From contig CAVQHD010000001.1 of the NCBI GenBank assembly GCA_963712275.1, forward strand, positions 256,001 to 320,000: a stretch of 64,000 bases of DNA, given 5' to 3'. The stretch is from an uncultured Rhabdochlamydiaceae bacterium. GTDB lineage: Bacteria; Chlamydiota; Chlamydiia; Chlamydiales; Rhabdochlamydiaceae. Positions 29,963 through 40,524 of this stretch are shown one piece after another; positions within the stretch are counted from its first letter, which is position 1; every line of letters begins with the position of its first letter. Made by a program: the position numbers and the translations under genes. The notes under the pieces are model-generated. The model had not been told where the DNA came from. It searched no databases and saw nothing but the letters and a program-made list of their open reading frames with translations.

Positions 29963-30988
29963 TTATTCAGCGATGATCACTACGCCTGTAGGCCAGGTAT
30001 CGACCTTAATTGTGTCTACGACTGTATTATTGTTTGTCTCGATCACAGAAACGTCATTGCTATTGTAATTGGCCACATAGACAAACTTCCCATCAGGCGT
30101 AATCGCAATTCCATAAGGATCATGCCCTACAGGGATTTTGGCTACAACCGTGTTATTTTTTGTCTGGATCACAGAGAGGTTATTGTCGTTGCTATTGGTT
30201 ACATAGGCAAACTGCCCATTAGGTGTAATCGCTATTCCTGAAGGCGACGCTCCGACCAGAATCTTAGCTATGACTGTGTTAGTACTCGTTTGGATTACAG
30301 AGACGTTACTGCTGACCACATAGACAAACTTCCCATCGGGTGTAATCGCAATTCCAGAAGGGAAAACAGTTACAGGAACTGTAGCTATAACCTTATTGCT
30401 TTCTACCTGGATCACAGAGACGTTGTCGTCATTGCTATTAATGACATAGGCAAACTTCCCATCGGGTGTGACCACAACTCCAGAAGGAGCATTACCTACA
30501 GAAACTGTAGCTACAATCTTATTGCTTTCTAGCTGGATCACAGAGACGTTATCGCCTTCCATATTAGCGACATAGGCAAACTTCCCATCGGGTGTGAACG
30601 CAATTCCATAAGGAGTATCACCTACAGGAACTGTAGCTACAACCTCATTGCTTTTTGTCTGGATCACAGAGAGGTTGTTGTCATTGGAATTAGCGACATA
30701 GACCAACTTCCCATCGGGCGTGGCCGTTATTCCGATAGGCACGTGTCCGACTGGAACTTTAGTGACGATTCTATTATTGCTCGTCTCAATCACGGCGACA
30801 CTGCCCGGCTTATCTCTAGCCACTTCACTGACTACATAGGCAACATCCGCTAGAATATATCTAGACGGTATTATGAGAAGGCTTAGGAGTAACGGAGTGA
30901 TACTATAGCCGAAAAAAGATGCGATAGCGCCATAAGTTCTATTTTTTTTCATCCTTACCTCGTCCTTTTTGTTGTAGTGAAAATCCAT
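29963..30988 (-). CDS. YVTN-type beta-propeller repeat protein
   Basis: Repeated P.GIA.TPDGKF.YV.N....NVSVI units of about 42 aa; hydrophobic N-terminal segment. Confidence 0.9.
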   Translation of the reverse strand: MDFHYNKKDEVRMKKNRTYGAIASFFGYSITPLLLSLLIIPSRYILADVAYVVSEVARDKPGSVAVIETSNNRIVTKVPVGHVPIGITATPDGKLVYVANSNDNNLSVIQTKSNEVVATVPVGDTPYGIAFTPDGKFAYVANMEGDNVSVIQLESNKIVATVSVGNAPSGVVVTPDGKFAYVINSNDDNVSVIQVESNKVIATVPVTVFPSGIAITPDGKFVYVVSSNVSVIQTSTNTVIAKILVGASPSGIAITPNGQFAYVTNSNDNNLSVIQTKNNTVVAKIPVGHDPYGIAITPDGKFVYVANYNSNDVSVIETNNNTVVDTIKVDTWPTGVVIIAE

Positions 30989-31032
30989 GATAATTATTTC
31001 TCGATAAAATAGTCAATTTATCTCTAGGAAAC

Positions 31033-32087
31033 CTACTTCACTCCTTCTTCAATCAGCTGGAGAAGTTGGATCAGGTCATCGCGGCTTAAGGATTTGAGCT
31101 CGTTTTGATCATCGTATCCAATGACCTCTTCGATAAGCAACTGCTTTCTCTCAATGAGGCGGTGGATATGTTCTTCGAGAGTGCCGCGGGTTACCATTTT
31201 AAACACTTGGACACCACGACTTTGTCCCATGCGGTGGACGCGGTCGGTGGCTTGGTTTTCTTTGGCGGGGTTCCACCACCGGTCGTAGTGAATCACAACT
31301 GAAGCTGAGATGAGGTCGATTCCGACGCCAGCCGCCTGCAGGGAGCCGACAAACACTTCACATTTAGGATCGTCTCGAAAACGGGAAACGGGCTCTTTGC
31401 GATCGCGCGTAGACCCTCGAATCTCAGCAAAGCCTATCTTCTCTGACTTAAGGTAACCCTCAATAATATCGAGCATGCCTAGGTATTGGGAAAAAACGAC
31501 GAGTTTTTGACCGCTGGCTCTGGTTTCTTGGAGAAGCTCGACGAAAAGATCCCATTTTCCCGAGGAGTGATGAGGGTAGTCCATGGGCCGATTGAGATAA
31601 AGAGCTGGATGATCGCAGATCTGCTTAAGTTTGGCCAGGAGAGCAAAGACATGAAGATAAGGGGTGGGCTTTGAGGAGTCATTCAACTCTTTAAAAAGTT
31701 CCTCTTTCGATGCCTCGTAAATTTCTTGATATAGTTTTTTTTGTTCATCAGAGAGCGGCGCATAGGCAATCGTTTCCACTTTTTCTGGAAGCTCAAGGAG
31801 AACCTCTGATTTTTTACGACGTAAAATAAATGGCTGGGTGAGACGGGTTAAAAGCTGTTTGCGCTCTAAATCTTGCTGCTTTTCGATGGGATGTACAAAC
31901 ATCTCTTTATAAAGTGTTTCAGTGGGCATATAGCCAGGCAAGACCACATCGAAGAGCGCTTTGAGCTCAAGAAGATTATTCTCTATGGGCGTTCCTGTGA
32001 GCCCGATCCGCGTTGCCGCTTCCAGCTGCTTTAAGACTTTATGTGTTTGCGAAAGGTGGTTTTTAGCAGTTTGGATTTCATCAAAAA
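31033..32087 (-). pseudogene. Duplicated 3' part (about 1.05 kb) of the SNF2 helicase gene
   Basis: 31039-32087 is near-identical to 35408-36456 (offset 4369); lacks motif I and the N-terminal domains. Confidence 0.9.
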
Positions 32088-32220
32088 ATGACTGAAAAAT
32101 CGCTCCTTGAGCATTTCTGGATCCCTTCAAAGAACTATGATCCGTTTAAACTATTCAACATTACTTATACAAGCTTGCTTAGAAACACACTTCAATTGAG
32201 CGGTGCGATTGTTTTATAGG
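32083..32220 (+). repeat. Duplicate of the pentapeptide gene 3' end (29813-29930) carrying an extra 21 bp
   Basis: ATGACTGAAAAATCGCTCCTTGAGCATTTCTGG...GTGCGATTGTTTTATAGG occurs at both positions. Confidence 0.9.
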
Positions 32221-32388
32221 TCCTACCGATTGACTCTGGCAGCAAAGGCGAAATAGTAAAAATATTTATCGAGGTCTTCGAGGGAGGTTCTATATTCGGT
32301 GCCTCCTAAGACAGCATCGCAGAAAAGTTCCTTGACACGCGCCAGCTCTTTACGTCTGCTGCGCCATCGAGGATCTCGGAGGGTTGAG

Positions 32389-32775
32389 TTAAGGTGGAAG
32401 CAGACGAAATTTTTCGAGGCCTACATCGATTAACTCGTCAATTGTTTTACTAATAGACTTATGCATCGCTTTGGCAGCTTTTGCGACAAAATAATGCCTC
32501 TCTCTTGTTGTCCTATAAGCAATGCTGCCTTTGAAGGCTTCTTTTTTTATGGGCTCTGGAATAGGCCGATTGCTTTCCAAATAAAGTATAATAGCAGCTT
32601 CAATGGCTTCTTTAATATTTTCCATTCCCTCTTCAATCGTATCTGCATCTGTGCAAATACCTGGCAACTCATTCACTCGGATGATGTAAAAATGTTTTCC
32701 CCTCTCGCTTTCTTGCTCAATCGTATACGACCAATTGAGGTCGAGGTAGTAATTGATATCTTTTTTAGTAACCAT
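32389..32775 (-). CDS. hicB: HicB-family antitoxin
   Basis: ELPGICTDADTIEEGMENIKEAI...PIPEP...FKGSIAYR; downstream of hicA. Confidence 0.88.
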   Translation of the reverse strand: MVTKKDINYYLDLNWSYTIEQESERGKHFYIIRVNELPGICTDADTIEEGMENIKEAIEAAIILYLESNRPIPEPIKKEAFKGSIAYRTTRERHYFVAKAAKAMHKSISKTIDELIDVGLEKFRLLPP

Positions 32776-32995
32776 GTTCCCTTAATACCTCCTTTAAATC
32801 GTTAACTTGATAGGACAAAAGCTGAGAGCGTTTTTTAATGGAAACATTTTTTATATAATTATCTTTTGAAAAGACGTGATGAGAACCTCTTACCCTTTTT
32901 TTAAACCCAAGATGTTCTAATATTTTTTCAGCGTCCTCATAAGAAACATTCCTTCCTTCCAAAACTTTTTCAACAAGCTTTTGAAATTTACTCAT
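32765..32995 (-). CDS. hicA: HicA-family mRNA interferase toxin
   Basis: 76 aa, basic, LGF...RGSHHVF, YQV. Confidence 0.88.
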   Translation of the reverse strand: MSKFQKLVEKVLEGRNVSYEDAEKILEHLGFKKRVRGSHHVFSKDNYIKNVSIKKRSQLLSYQVNDLKEVLREHGY

Positions 32996-33002
32996 GAATA
33001 AT

Positions 33003-33022
33003 TGATATCATGTTTGATGTCA
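33003..33022. promoter_or_regulatory. Candidate HicAB autoregulatory operator
   Basis: TGATATCA-N4-TGATGTCA dyad just upstream of the hicA start. Confidence 0.45.
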
Positions 33023-33047
33023 TATGTCAATGGGATATTTTTGAAGC

Positions 33048-33254
33048 ATGAATCATCGCCCTGCGACAAGCGATCGAATAAGGGGTCTAGGAGGTCGCGG
33101 GGCAGGTGAGAAAATTCCTGTTTTTGGGCTTTTGAAAAGAGGGGGAATGGTATTTGTAACCCTCGTCAAAAATTGTACTAAAGAAGAGTTATTGCCTCTT
33201 ATTCAAGGCCATGTTCAGAAAGGATCAATCATCCATAGTTTTTCATTCACCTAA
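33048..33254 (+). pseudogene. IS1595-family transposase fragment
   Basis: GRGAGEKIPVFGLLKRGG...LLPLIQGHV...SIIHS matches the IS1595/IS1016 catalytic-region pattern. Confidence 0.75.
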
Positions 33255-33494
33255 AAGAATGTGAGTTTAGGTTTAACCATAGACGAGAAAGTATGGAAAA
33301 AATCCTCTTAAAATTGATGCGGAAAAACGGGGTTTGCTAGTCAAAACCCTGGATTAATACTAACCCACTTGCGATGACCGAACCCCGGGGCTTTGACGCA
33401 GCCCAAATGTCAATTTTTCAATAGATCGGAGTATAATCCAGTTATAATTTCGGTAGAGTAGGGAAGGATTGTCCTCTCTACTCTACCGAAATTT

Positions 33495-35327
33495 CTATGG
33501 CCTCTTTTTAAAGTTAAAGAAAGATGTCTCATCTTCTTCTTTTTGTGAAGGGGCCCACCAATGCGACAAAGCCTTGATTCCAAAGAGACCTGTTACCAAA
33601 GCTCCTGCCTTGCAAGCTGTTGCCTCATTCTCCCGAGAAGAGGGCAGCAGGTACAATCCTGCAACAGCAAGCGCTACTGTAATAACAGCAAAGTTTAAAG
33701 TGGTCCGCGGCTCGTTCAATGCGATCCATCTTGGATCCGTCGTATTGTCTATGCTGCTTCTTACATCTTCATCAGATCGTTCAAAACTTACAAATTTCTC
33801 AAAATGTTCTTTTAAAGATTTATACTTCACAAATGCTGCAATTTGATCTGAGAATTCAGGACTTTTTCGAGTGTCGATCTTATGAGCGAACTCATTGGCA
33901 CGTTTTTGAACTGCCCCCTCTGCCAACTCATGAAGCATAGTAAGATCTTTATTGCCTAATTTCGCTATCCCGTGAGTGAATTGAATTTTTGTCACAGCTT
34001 GATTAATTTCAGCCTTGCCCCCTTTTTCTAAATGCTTACCTATCCCTTCTTGTATTTCTTTACCAAGTTCTGTAGCCTTCCGAAGTTGGCTGTCCTCCAT
34101 TGAGATTTTAGTATCAAGCTTCCCATAGGGCTTAGTCTTAAAAATGGTATCCAAAAGTTTTTTCCTATCCTCGGCTTCTAACGGATTATATATAGTCACA
34201 TAATCGGAAAGATCAATAGAAGCAGAAGTGTCTTTTAAATGCTCTTTAACTTTGCCTTTAACTTCAATCAAATTAGCTTTTCGTGTAACAACTACACACA
34301 AACTTTTTTTATCTCTTCCTACAGTATTATTAAACCTTTCTCCTAATAATTTAACACCTTCCTTCCATTTCTCACCCTTAACCCCCTCAAGCTCAGCATA
34401 TTGGCATACCATTACAAACCTTGTAGATTTGGCATTTTCAACAATGTACTTCATAGTAATTGCACCTGCTAATGCAACCTCAATTCCTCGATTATCACTC
34501 AGACCCGGCATATCGTAAAAAGTGAGAACGTGTTTGTTTTGTTTAAGGACACCATCATCTATCGCTGAAAAGGACTCAGGAATTATTACAGAAACCTCTG
34601 GGATTTTTTTCGGAATAGCCGTGCAAGAAGTAGTTTCTGTGCCTATCTGAGCCACTTCTTTTATGCTGGACTTTGGATCTACCACAATTTTACCATTCAC
34701 TTCTATCATCTTGCATCCATACAAGAAATTGATCAAAGCACTTTTGCCTGCATCTGTATGACCAAAAAAGATGACGACATCTTTGCCCTTTGCTTTTTTG
34801 GCTTCTTCTTCACCTTTTTCCAGCAGATAATTAAAGAGCTCTATTTTCTCATCTGTTGTTCGCAACTCGGGTTTTTTGCCGAGAAGGTCGTTGATTCTTT
34901 TGAGTTGCTTGTCAGAAGAACCCTCCGCATGCGCCTTCCTACAGTCCATCGCTATCCCTAAAGCCGCCCCTAAAGCCGCAAAAAGCAAGAAAATCACCAG
35001 AAGTTGATTGGAGGATAAACGATTCGAAGGGGTCGAAGAGATATTCTTCCAAAAGCGGGATGTGCGGTGAGAGTTATTAATCGATTTTAACTTGATCAAA
35101 CTCTGATGAATGGGCTGAGAATGCTCTAGGCAAGACCATCGAGGAATGGTGACAATAACCCTTTTTCTCCGCACTCCATTCAAATGCTGCACCTTTGCAA
35201 ATTGACCATATGTAGGCGTGGAGAAATAAGACAGATTCATAAAGCTTCTGTCATTAACTGCATGAGATTTGGCAGCAGTAATTGATCTCGAATAACCTGA
35301 GGAAATCCTCCAAACTGAAAAGACCAT
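33495..35327 (-). CDS. Membrane-anchored P-loop GTPase-like protein (candidate effector)
   Basis: G1 GHTDAGKS, G2 TTSCT, G3 DMPG, putative G4 VVTR; TM helices near both ends; AT-rich. Confidence 0.7.
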   Translation of the reverse strand: MVFSVWRISSGYSRSITAAKSHAVNDRSFMNLSYFSTPTYGQFAKVQHLNGVRRKRVIVTIPRWSCLEHSQPIHQSLIKLKSINNSHRTSRFWKNISSTPSNRLSSNQLLVIFLLFAALGAALGIAMDCRKAHAEGSSDKQLKRINDLLGKKPELRTTDEKIELFNYLLEKGEEEAKKAKGKDVVIFFGHTDAGKSALINFLYGCKMIEVNGKIVVDPKSSIKEVAQIGTETTSCTAIPKKIPEVSVIIPESFSAIDDGVLKQNKHVLTFYDMPGLSDNRGIEVALAGAITMKYIVENAKSTRFVMVCQYAELEGVKGEKWKEGVKLLGERFNNTVGRDKKSLCVVVTRKANLIEVKGKVKEHLKDTSASIDLSDYVTIYNPLEAEDRKKLLDTIFKTKPYGKLDTKISMEDSQLRKATELGKEIQEGIGKHLEKGGKAEINQAVTKIQFTHGIAKLGNKDLTMLHELAEGAVQKRANEFAHKIDTRKSPEFSDQIAAFVKYKSLKEHFEKFVSFERSDEDVRSSIDNTTDPRWIALNEPRTTLNFAVITVALAVAGLYLLPSSRENEATACKAGALVTGLFGIKALSHWWAPSQKEEDETSFFNFKKRP

Positions 35328-35398
35328 ATAACCTCCTATGGGATATCAAAAAGAAATATTTAATATCTTGCATTCAACTATTTAATGAAAAGGCAAAT

Positions 35399-38300
35399 TT
35401 AAGAAACCACTCCTTCTTCAATCAGCTGGAGAAGTTGGATCAAGTCGCCGCGGCTTAGGGATTTGAGCTCGTTTTGATCATCGTATCCAATGACCTCTTC
35501 GATAAGCAACTGCTTTCTCTCAATGAGGCGGTGGATATGTTCTTCGAGAGTGCCGCGGGTTACCATTTTAAACACTTGGACACCACGACTTTGTCCCATG
35601 CGGTGGACGCGGTCGGTGGCTTGGTTTTCTTTGGCGGGGTTCCACCACCGGTCGTAGTGAATCACAACTGAAGCTGAGATGAGGTCGATTCCGACGCCAG
35701 CCGCCTGCAGGGAGCCGACAAACACTTCACATTTAGGATCGTCTCGAAAACGGGAAACGGGCTCTTTGCGATCGCGCGTAGACCCTCGAATCTCAGCAAA
35801 GCCTATCTTCTCTGACTTAAGGTAACCCTCAATAATATCGAGCATGCCTAGGTATTGGGAAAAAACGACGAGTTTTTGACCGCTGGCTCTGGTTTCTTGG
35901 AGAAGCTCGACGAAAAGATCCCATTTTCCCGAGGAGTGATGAGGGTAGTCCATGGGCCGATTGAGATAAAGAGCTGGATGATCGCAGATCTGCTTAAGTT
36001 TGGCCAGGAGAGCAAAGACATGAAGATAAGGGGTGGGCTTTGAGGAGTCATTCAACTCTTTAAAAAGTTCCTCTTTCGATGCCTCGTAAATTTCTTGATA
36101 TAGTTTTTTTTGTTCATCAGAGAGCGGCGCATAGGCAATCGTTTCCACTTTTTCTGGAAGCTCAAGGAGAACCTCTGATTTTTTACGACGTAAAATAAAT
36201 GGCTGGGTGAGACGGGTTAAAAGCTGTTTGCGCTCTAAATCTTGCTGCTTTTCGATGGGATGTACAAACATCTCTTTATAAAGTGTTTCAGTGGGCATAT
36301 AGCCAGGCAAGACCACATCGAAGAGCGCTTTGAGCTCAAGAAGATTATTCTCTATGGGCGTTCCTGTGAGCCCGATCCGCGTTGCTGCTTCCAGCTGCTT
36401 TAAGACTTTATGTGTTTGCGAAAGGTGGTTTTTAGCGGTTTGGATTTCATCAAAAATGGCGATGGCAAACGGAAGCTCTGAAAGAGCCTCTTTTTCACTT
36501 CTAAGAGTTCCATAAGAGGTCAAAATTAAATCGTACTTCCCTGCAAAATTATCTAATGTTCTTCGAGTTCCATAGTAGACGCAAGTGCGAAGCTTAGGAA
36601 GGAATCGGTCTAGAAGGTCTTGCCAGTGAAAGATCACAGATGTCGGACAGACCACAAGAAATTTTCCCTGGGGGTTTTCTTGAGATACTGCGGCAAGGAG
36701 TGCCATCGCCTGATGGGTTTTGCCAAGCCCCATCTCATCGCAAAGCAGCCCTGAAAGCCCGTAAGAGTATAAAAACCAGAGCCATTTCAGCCCCACTTCC
36801 TGGTAAGGGCGGAGCTGGCTCTGAAGCCCTTCCAAATTCGGCGTCGTAAATGATTGCATTTCATGAAACTGTCTCCAAAGCGCTTGACTCTTTTCGTCTG
36901 ATGGAGGAGACATCTCCTCAAAGGCAAATAGGCGGATCCATTCCACTGTTGTGAGCTTGAGTTGCTGTCCATTTTTCAACCACCGCTTCTTTGAAATCCC
37001 TCGAAGCCAGTTGAAGCGGGGTGTTTTCAAGAGAATCAGCCCCGCAGGAGAAAAGAGATACCGCTTCCCAACACCCAGTGCTTGCCATACATCCATTGTT
37101 GGAAGAGCGCCCAAATGGGTTCTATAAGTGAAATCAACGAGCCAATTTCCTTCTTTGTCTCTCTCTAAAGATGAAACTTGAAGTTCGAGATAATCGGGCT
37201 TTTGTAGTCGTGGGTCAATTTCTAAGATATAAGGTTTTAAAATGTCGATCTCATAAAAGACAAAATAAGGCTCTGCACTCTCATCGATCACCATGGAGCG
37301 GAAATAGGGAGCTGGAAGCTTGAGCTTAGAAGGAATCGCGCAAAACCCTTCTCCGGCCACAAAGGAATAATCCTCAAAGAGCTCGACTCCTTTGGTATCG
37401 TATCCAGGAAGAAACGTGTAGAAAGGAGAGATCGAAATACGCCCTTCCTCCGTCAGCTGCAGCTTGACCCCAGAGGATTCAAGGGGTGAGATGGAGCTAA
37501 AAAAATTGGAGACCAATTCCAGTTCATCTCGATGAGCCTGAATAAAAGAGTTAATTGATTCTCTGGCAACTTTAAGCCCTGCCTTTAAAAAACTTCCTGT
37601 TCGAGCTCGATCTTTTGCATAAAACCCACGATCTCGGACATAGATCCACTCCTGAAAATCAATCATATCCTCAGGGTTTTCAACCAAGTCGAGCTGTGAC
37701 TTAAATTCAAGCCCCTCTGGCAAAAGCTCATATCCTAAGCGAGATTCCATCGAGATCACATGCGTCTGAAACCCTTCATAAGCGTGAAGCCAATGACGAT
37801 GCCGTGAGACAAATTGAGAAATCTCTTGAGCTGGTATGACAGTTTCAATGGTATCAAAAAGAACCTCTTTTAAGAGAAAAAAACCTTTATCGGGAAGAAA
37901 AACCCACGATCCAAATTTTGCTGCATGAAGTTTTTGCAGATCCCCTTTTTCAAAAACATAGCAGGTCAAATGGAGCCCATTTTTGGAGTCAAATTCTAAA
38001 TGGTAACGCGCAGAGAGAGGATCTTCATGGATTTTTGTCCCCTGAAGATGGTGCTTGATCAGTAGGTGGTGCCGCTGCAAAAACTCTGCGATTTGCGAAG
38101 TAGGGATCAATTTTTCTTTGAGCATTGGATCGATTTGCGAAGGATAAAACCCTTGTCCAGAGATATAAATCCACTGCCCTATCTGTTTTCGGTTAGAGGC
38201 AGGCTGAGACTCTTCATGAAGCGCGATGTCCAGATGAAACACTTGCCGAAGCAGGTCGTAAAAAATTCTCTTAATTTGCTTATGGGAGACTTCATGCACT

Positions 38301-39076
38301 TGAAGGGGGGAGTCAACAGTCGATAGTGTTGGAATAAGCGCAGGCCAGTTAGCTTCAGAGATATAAAAAAAAAGAGAAACATCTGTCAATTGAATCTGAA
38401 CACTTCGAGGAAGTTTTTGAACATCATCTTCAAAGACAATTTTGTAAGTTTTAAGATTTTCTTGTTCTTGAAAACACCATTTGGCAAGGTCGGACCAAAA
38501 TGAAAGCTCAAAACTTAGCGCAGGGCTTGGACGCCCCTCCTTCCACAAAGTCAACTCTTCGGGGGGAAGGTTCGAAAATTTCAGAGAGGTTTCTTCCGTC
38601 TCAGGCTTTCTTTGAGCAATCATCTTCCGAAAGATCTTTTTCCCTTGGACCGTGCGTGCTTTTAAAGAAAATAACTTTTTACCTGTTGTGGAAAAGGCTT
38701 GGTAGTCTGATTCAACTGACCCTTTGAGCGCAGAGACTTCTTCTCCATGGCGAGAAGCCGCCATTCGACAGAGGTAATACCATAGAGATTCTCGAAACCG
38801 AACGTGATGAGGAGTTGATTTGCCATTAAAAATCTTCAGCCAGGCGGCAGCTTCATGCAAGCATGCCTTTCCTTCCTCTGCAGGCCCGCATGAACAAAAA
38901 TGATCTTTAAGCTCTCCCTCCTCTGAAATCTGGAGGAAAGGCCAAAAAACCTCTTTCCCCACTTTAACTTCTACTTGATAGGTCCCGCCAGAAAAGAGAA
39001 TATCGCCAATTTTCCCTTCCTTTAGAAGGGAATGCCCTTTCTGAAGATCTTCGGAAGAAAAAAACCGATGCGGCAT
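35399..39076 (-). CDS. SWIM + SNF2-family helicase (CT555-like)
   Basis: CSC...CLH, GLLCDEMGLGKT, DEIQ, LTGTPIEN, WWNPAKENQATDRVHRMGQ. Confidence 0.95.
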   Translation of the reverse strand: MPHRFFSSEDLQKGHSLLKEGKIGDILFSGGTYQVEVKVGKEVFWPFLQISEEGELKDHFCSCGPAEEGKACLHEAAAWLKIFNGKSTPHHVRFRESLWYYLCRMAASRHGEEVSALKGSVESDYQAFSTTGKKLFSLKARTVQGKKIFRKMIAQRKPETEETSLKFSNLPPEELTLWKEGRPSPALSFELSFWSDLAKWCFQEQENLKTYKIVFEDDVQKLPRSVQIQLTDVSLFFYISEANWPALIPTLSTVDSPLQVHEVSHKQIKRIFYDLLRQVFHLDIALHEESQPASNRKQIGQWIYISGQGFYPSQIDPMLKEKLIPTSQIAEFLQRHHLLIKHHLQGTKIHEDPLSARYHLEFDSKNGLHLTCYVFEKGDLQKLHAAKFGSWVFLPDKGFFLLKEVLFDTIETVIPAQEISQFVSRHRHWLHAYEGFQTHVISMESRLGYELLPEGLEFKSQLDLVENPEDMIDFQEWIYVRDRGFYAKDRARTGSFLKAGLKVARESINSFIQAHRDELELVSNFFSSISPLESSGVKLQLTEEGRISISPFYTFLPGYDTKGVELFEDYSFVAGEGFCAIPSKLKLPAPYFRSMVIDESAEPYFVFYEIDILKPYILEIDPRLQKPDYLELQVSSLERDKEGNWLVDFTYRTHLGALPTMDVWQALGVGKRYLFSPAGLILLKTPRFNWLRGISKKRWLKNGQQLKLTTVEWIRLFAFEEMSPPSDEKSQALWRQFHEMQSFTTPNLEGLQSQLRPYQEVGLKWLWFLYSYGLSGLLCDEMGLGKTHQAMALLAAVSQENPQGKFLVVCPTSVIFHWQDLLDRFLPKLRTCVYYGTRRTLDNFAGKYDLILTSYGTLRSEKEALSELPFAIAIFDEIQTAKNHLSQTHKVLKQLEAATRIGLTGTPIENNLLELKALFDVVLPGYMPTETLYKEMFVHPIEKQQDLERKQLLTRLTQPFILRRKKSEVLLELPEKVETIAYAPLSDEQKKLYQEIYEASKEELFKELNDSSKPTPYLHVFALLAKLKQICDHPALYLNRPMDYPHHSSGKWDLFVELLQETRASGQKLVVFSQYLGMLDIIEGYLKSEKIGFAEIRGSTRDRKEPVSRFRDDPKCEVFVGSLQAAGVGIDLISASVVIHYDRWWNPAKENQATDRVHRMGQSRGVQVFKMVTRGTLEEHIHRLIERKQLLIEEVIGYDDQNELKSLSRGDLIQLLQLIEEGVVS

Positions 39077-39091
39077 GTTAACCCCAAAAGA

Positions 39092-39898
39092 CTAAGCATG
39101 CCCCACCTTTCTGAAGATTGCAACTCCCTCATAACCGATCGATCCATGAAAGACAAATGTTGCTTTTCCTGAGAGCCGAACGGTTGAAGGCAGGACTTCC
39201 ACTTTCAGCGGCTCTTGAGAGCGAGGGATAATGGTGATTGGATTTTTTAGTTGGTGTCGATGGCTCGCTGCAATTGCAACAGCTGCAGCCCCGCTTCCAC
39301 ATGCAAGAGTCTCTGCTTCGACTCCCCTCTCAAAGGTGCGTGTGTAGAGGACCCCTTCTTTCAAAACCGCAAAATTGACATTCGCCCCCTCCATTCCCAT
39401 CAAAGGATGGTTTCGAAGATAAGGAGCATGGGAAAGAAACAAGTCATGATTTTCAACGAAGACCACCGCATGCTGGACTCCTATATGAATCACATCTATC
39501 CCAAAACAATCGATGGAAAGATTTGAATGGATCCACTCATGGGCTCCTAAGTCAACAGTAATGCCCCCTTCTTCCCATAGACAATGGACCTCCCGATCGG
39601 CGATTTCGATGACTGAGTGAGATCCAATAAGCTCTAGCTGATAGGCAAAATCGACAAGACATCGAAGCCCATTGCCACACATAGAGGCCTCTCTGCCATC
39701 AGAGTTGAAAATGCGCATCCGAAGATCCGCTTTCTGAGACCGCTGTAAAAGGAGAAGGCCATCAGCTCCGATTCCCAAATGACGATCGCAGAGAAAACGG
39801 AGATAATCTGCATCAGAGATAGGAAACGTCTCTTCTCGATCATCGAAAATGAGAAAATCATTTCCTGCACCCTGATACTTAGCAAAGAAAAAAATCAC
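39092..39898 (-). CDS. dapF: Diaminopimelate epimerase
   Basis: GAGNDF, NSDG...[19 protein letters not shown]. Confidence 0.97.
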   Translation of the reverse strand: MIFFFAKYQGAGNDFLIFDDREETFPISDADYLRFLCDRHLGIGADGLLLLQRSQKADLRMRIFNSDGREASMCGNGLRCLVDFAYQLELIGSHSVIEIADREVHCLWEEGGITVDLGAHEWIHSNLSIDCFGIDVIHIGVQHAVVFVENHDLFLSHAPYLRNHPLMGMEGANVNFAVLKEGVLYTRTFERGVEAETLACGSGAAAVAIAASHRHQLKNPITIIPRSQEPLKVEVLPSTVRLSGKATFVFHGSIGYEGVAIFRKVGHA

Positions 39899-40512
39899 GA
39901 CAGCTTTAATTCTTTGTAGGAAGAGACAACTCCATCGAGAAGTCCAAACTTCATTGCCTCTTGAGCAGAAAACCAGTGGTCTCTATCGAGGGCTTTTTCA
40001 ATCGTCGCGGCATCTTTTCCCGTTGCCTTCGTATAAATATCGACAAGCTGCTGGCGGCTTTTTAAAATCTCATCCGCTTGAATGGACAAATCTGTCGCTT
40101 GCCCCTGAATAACTCCCATGATTCGAGGTTGGTGGATCATGATCCGCGAATTGGGAGTCGCAAACCGCCTTTTCGGAGCTGCACACAGACTCAGCACAGA
40201 ACCCATCGAGGCTGCCATCCCTGTGACAAGTGTGGTCACAGGAGATGAAACCATCTGTACCTGATCCCAAATTGCAAAACCGGCGTCCACCGATCCTCCA
40301 GGAGAGTTGATCACAAATAAAATCGGCTGCCCTGGCTCCGTCAGCTCTAAATACCATAATTTTCGGATAACATCTTTGGCGCTATCCATATCCACTACTT
40401 CACAGAAAAAAAGACGGCGAGCCTTTAGGAGCGCTTCATCAATTTTGCTTTCAATAAGTTTGATTTTTGCCTCAGATTTCTTTTCCTCTTCATCTTCATC
40501 TAATCGATACAT
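39895..40512 (-). CDS. clpP: Clp protease proteolytic subunit (ClpP1-type)
   Basis: [28 protein letters not shown]; glyA-clpP-dapF synteny. Confidence 0.96.
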   Translation of the reverse strand: MYRLDEDEEEKKSEAKIKLIESKIDEALLKARRLFFCEVVDMDSAKDVIRKLWYLELTEPGQPILFVINSPGGSVDAGFAIWDQVQMVSSPVTTLVTGMAASMGSVLSLCAAPKRRFATPNSRIMIHQPRIMGVIQGQATDLSIQADEILKSRQQLVDIYTKATGKDAATIEKALDRDHWFSAQEAMKFGLLDGVVSSYKELKLS

Positions 40513-40524
40513 GTGACCTCGTTT

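Noticed and set aside
31033..32130. 365-aa ORF as a functional stand-alone helicase
   Set aside because: A chimeric duplication product lacking motif I; its start derives from the antisense strand of another gene's end.
33336..33402. Imperfect hairpin GTCAAAACCCTGG...CCCGGGGCTTTGAC, reminiscent of IS200/IS605 ends
   Set aside because: Degenerate, single copy, no tnpA/tnpB nearby.
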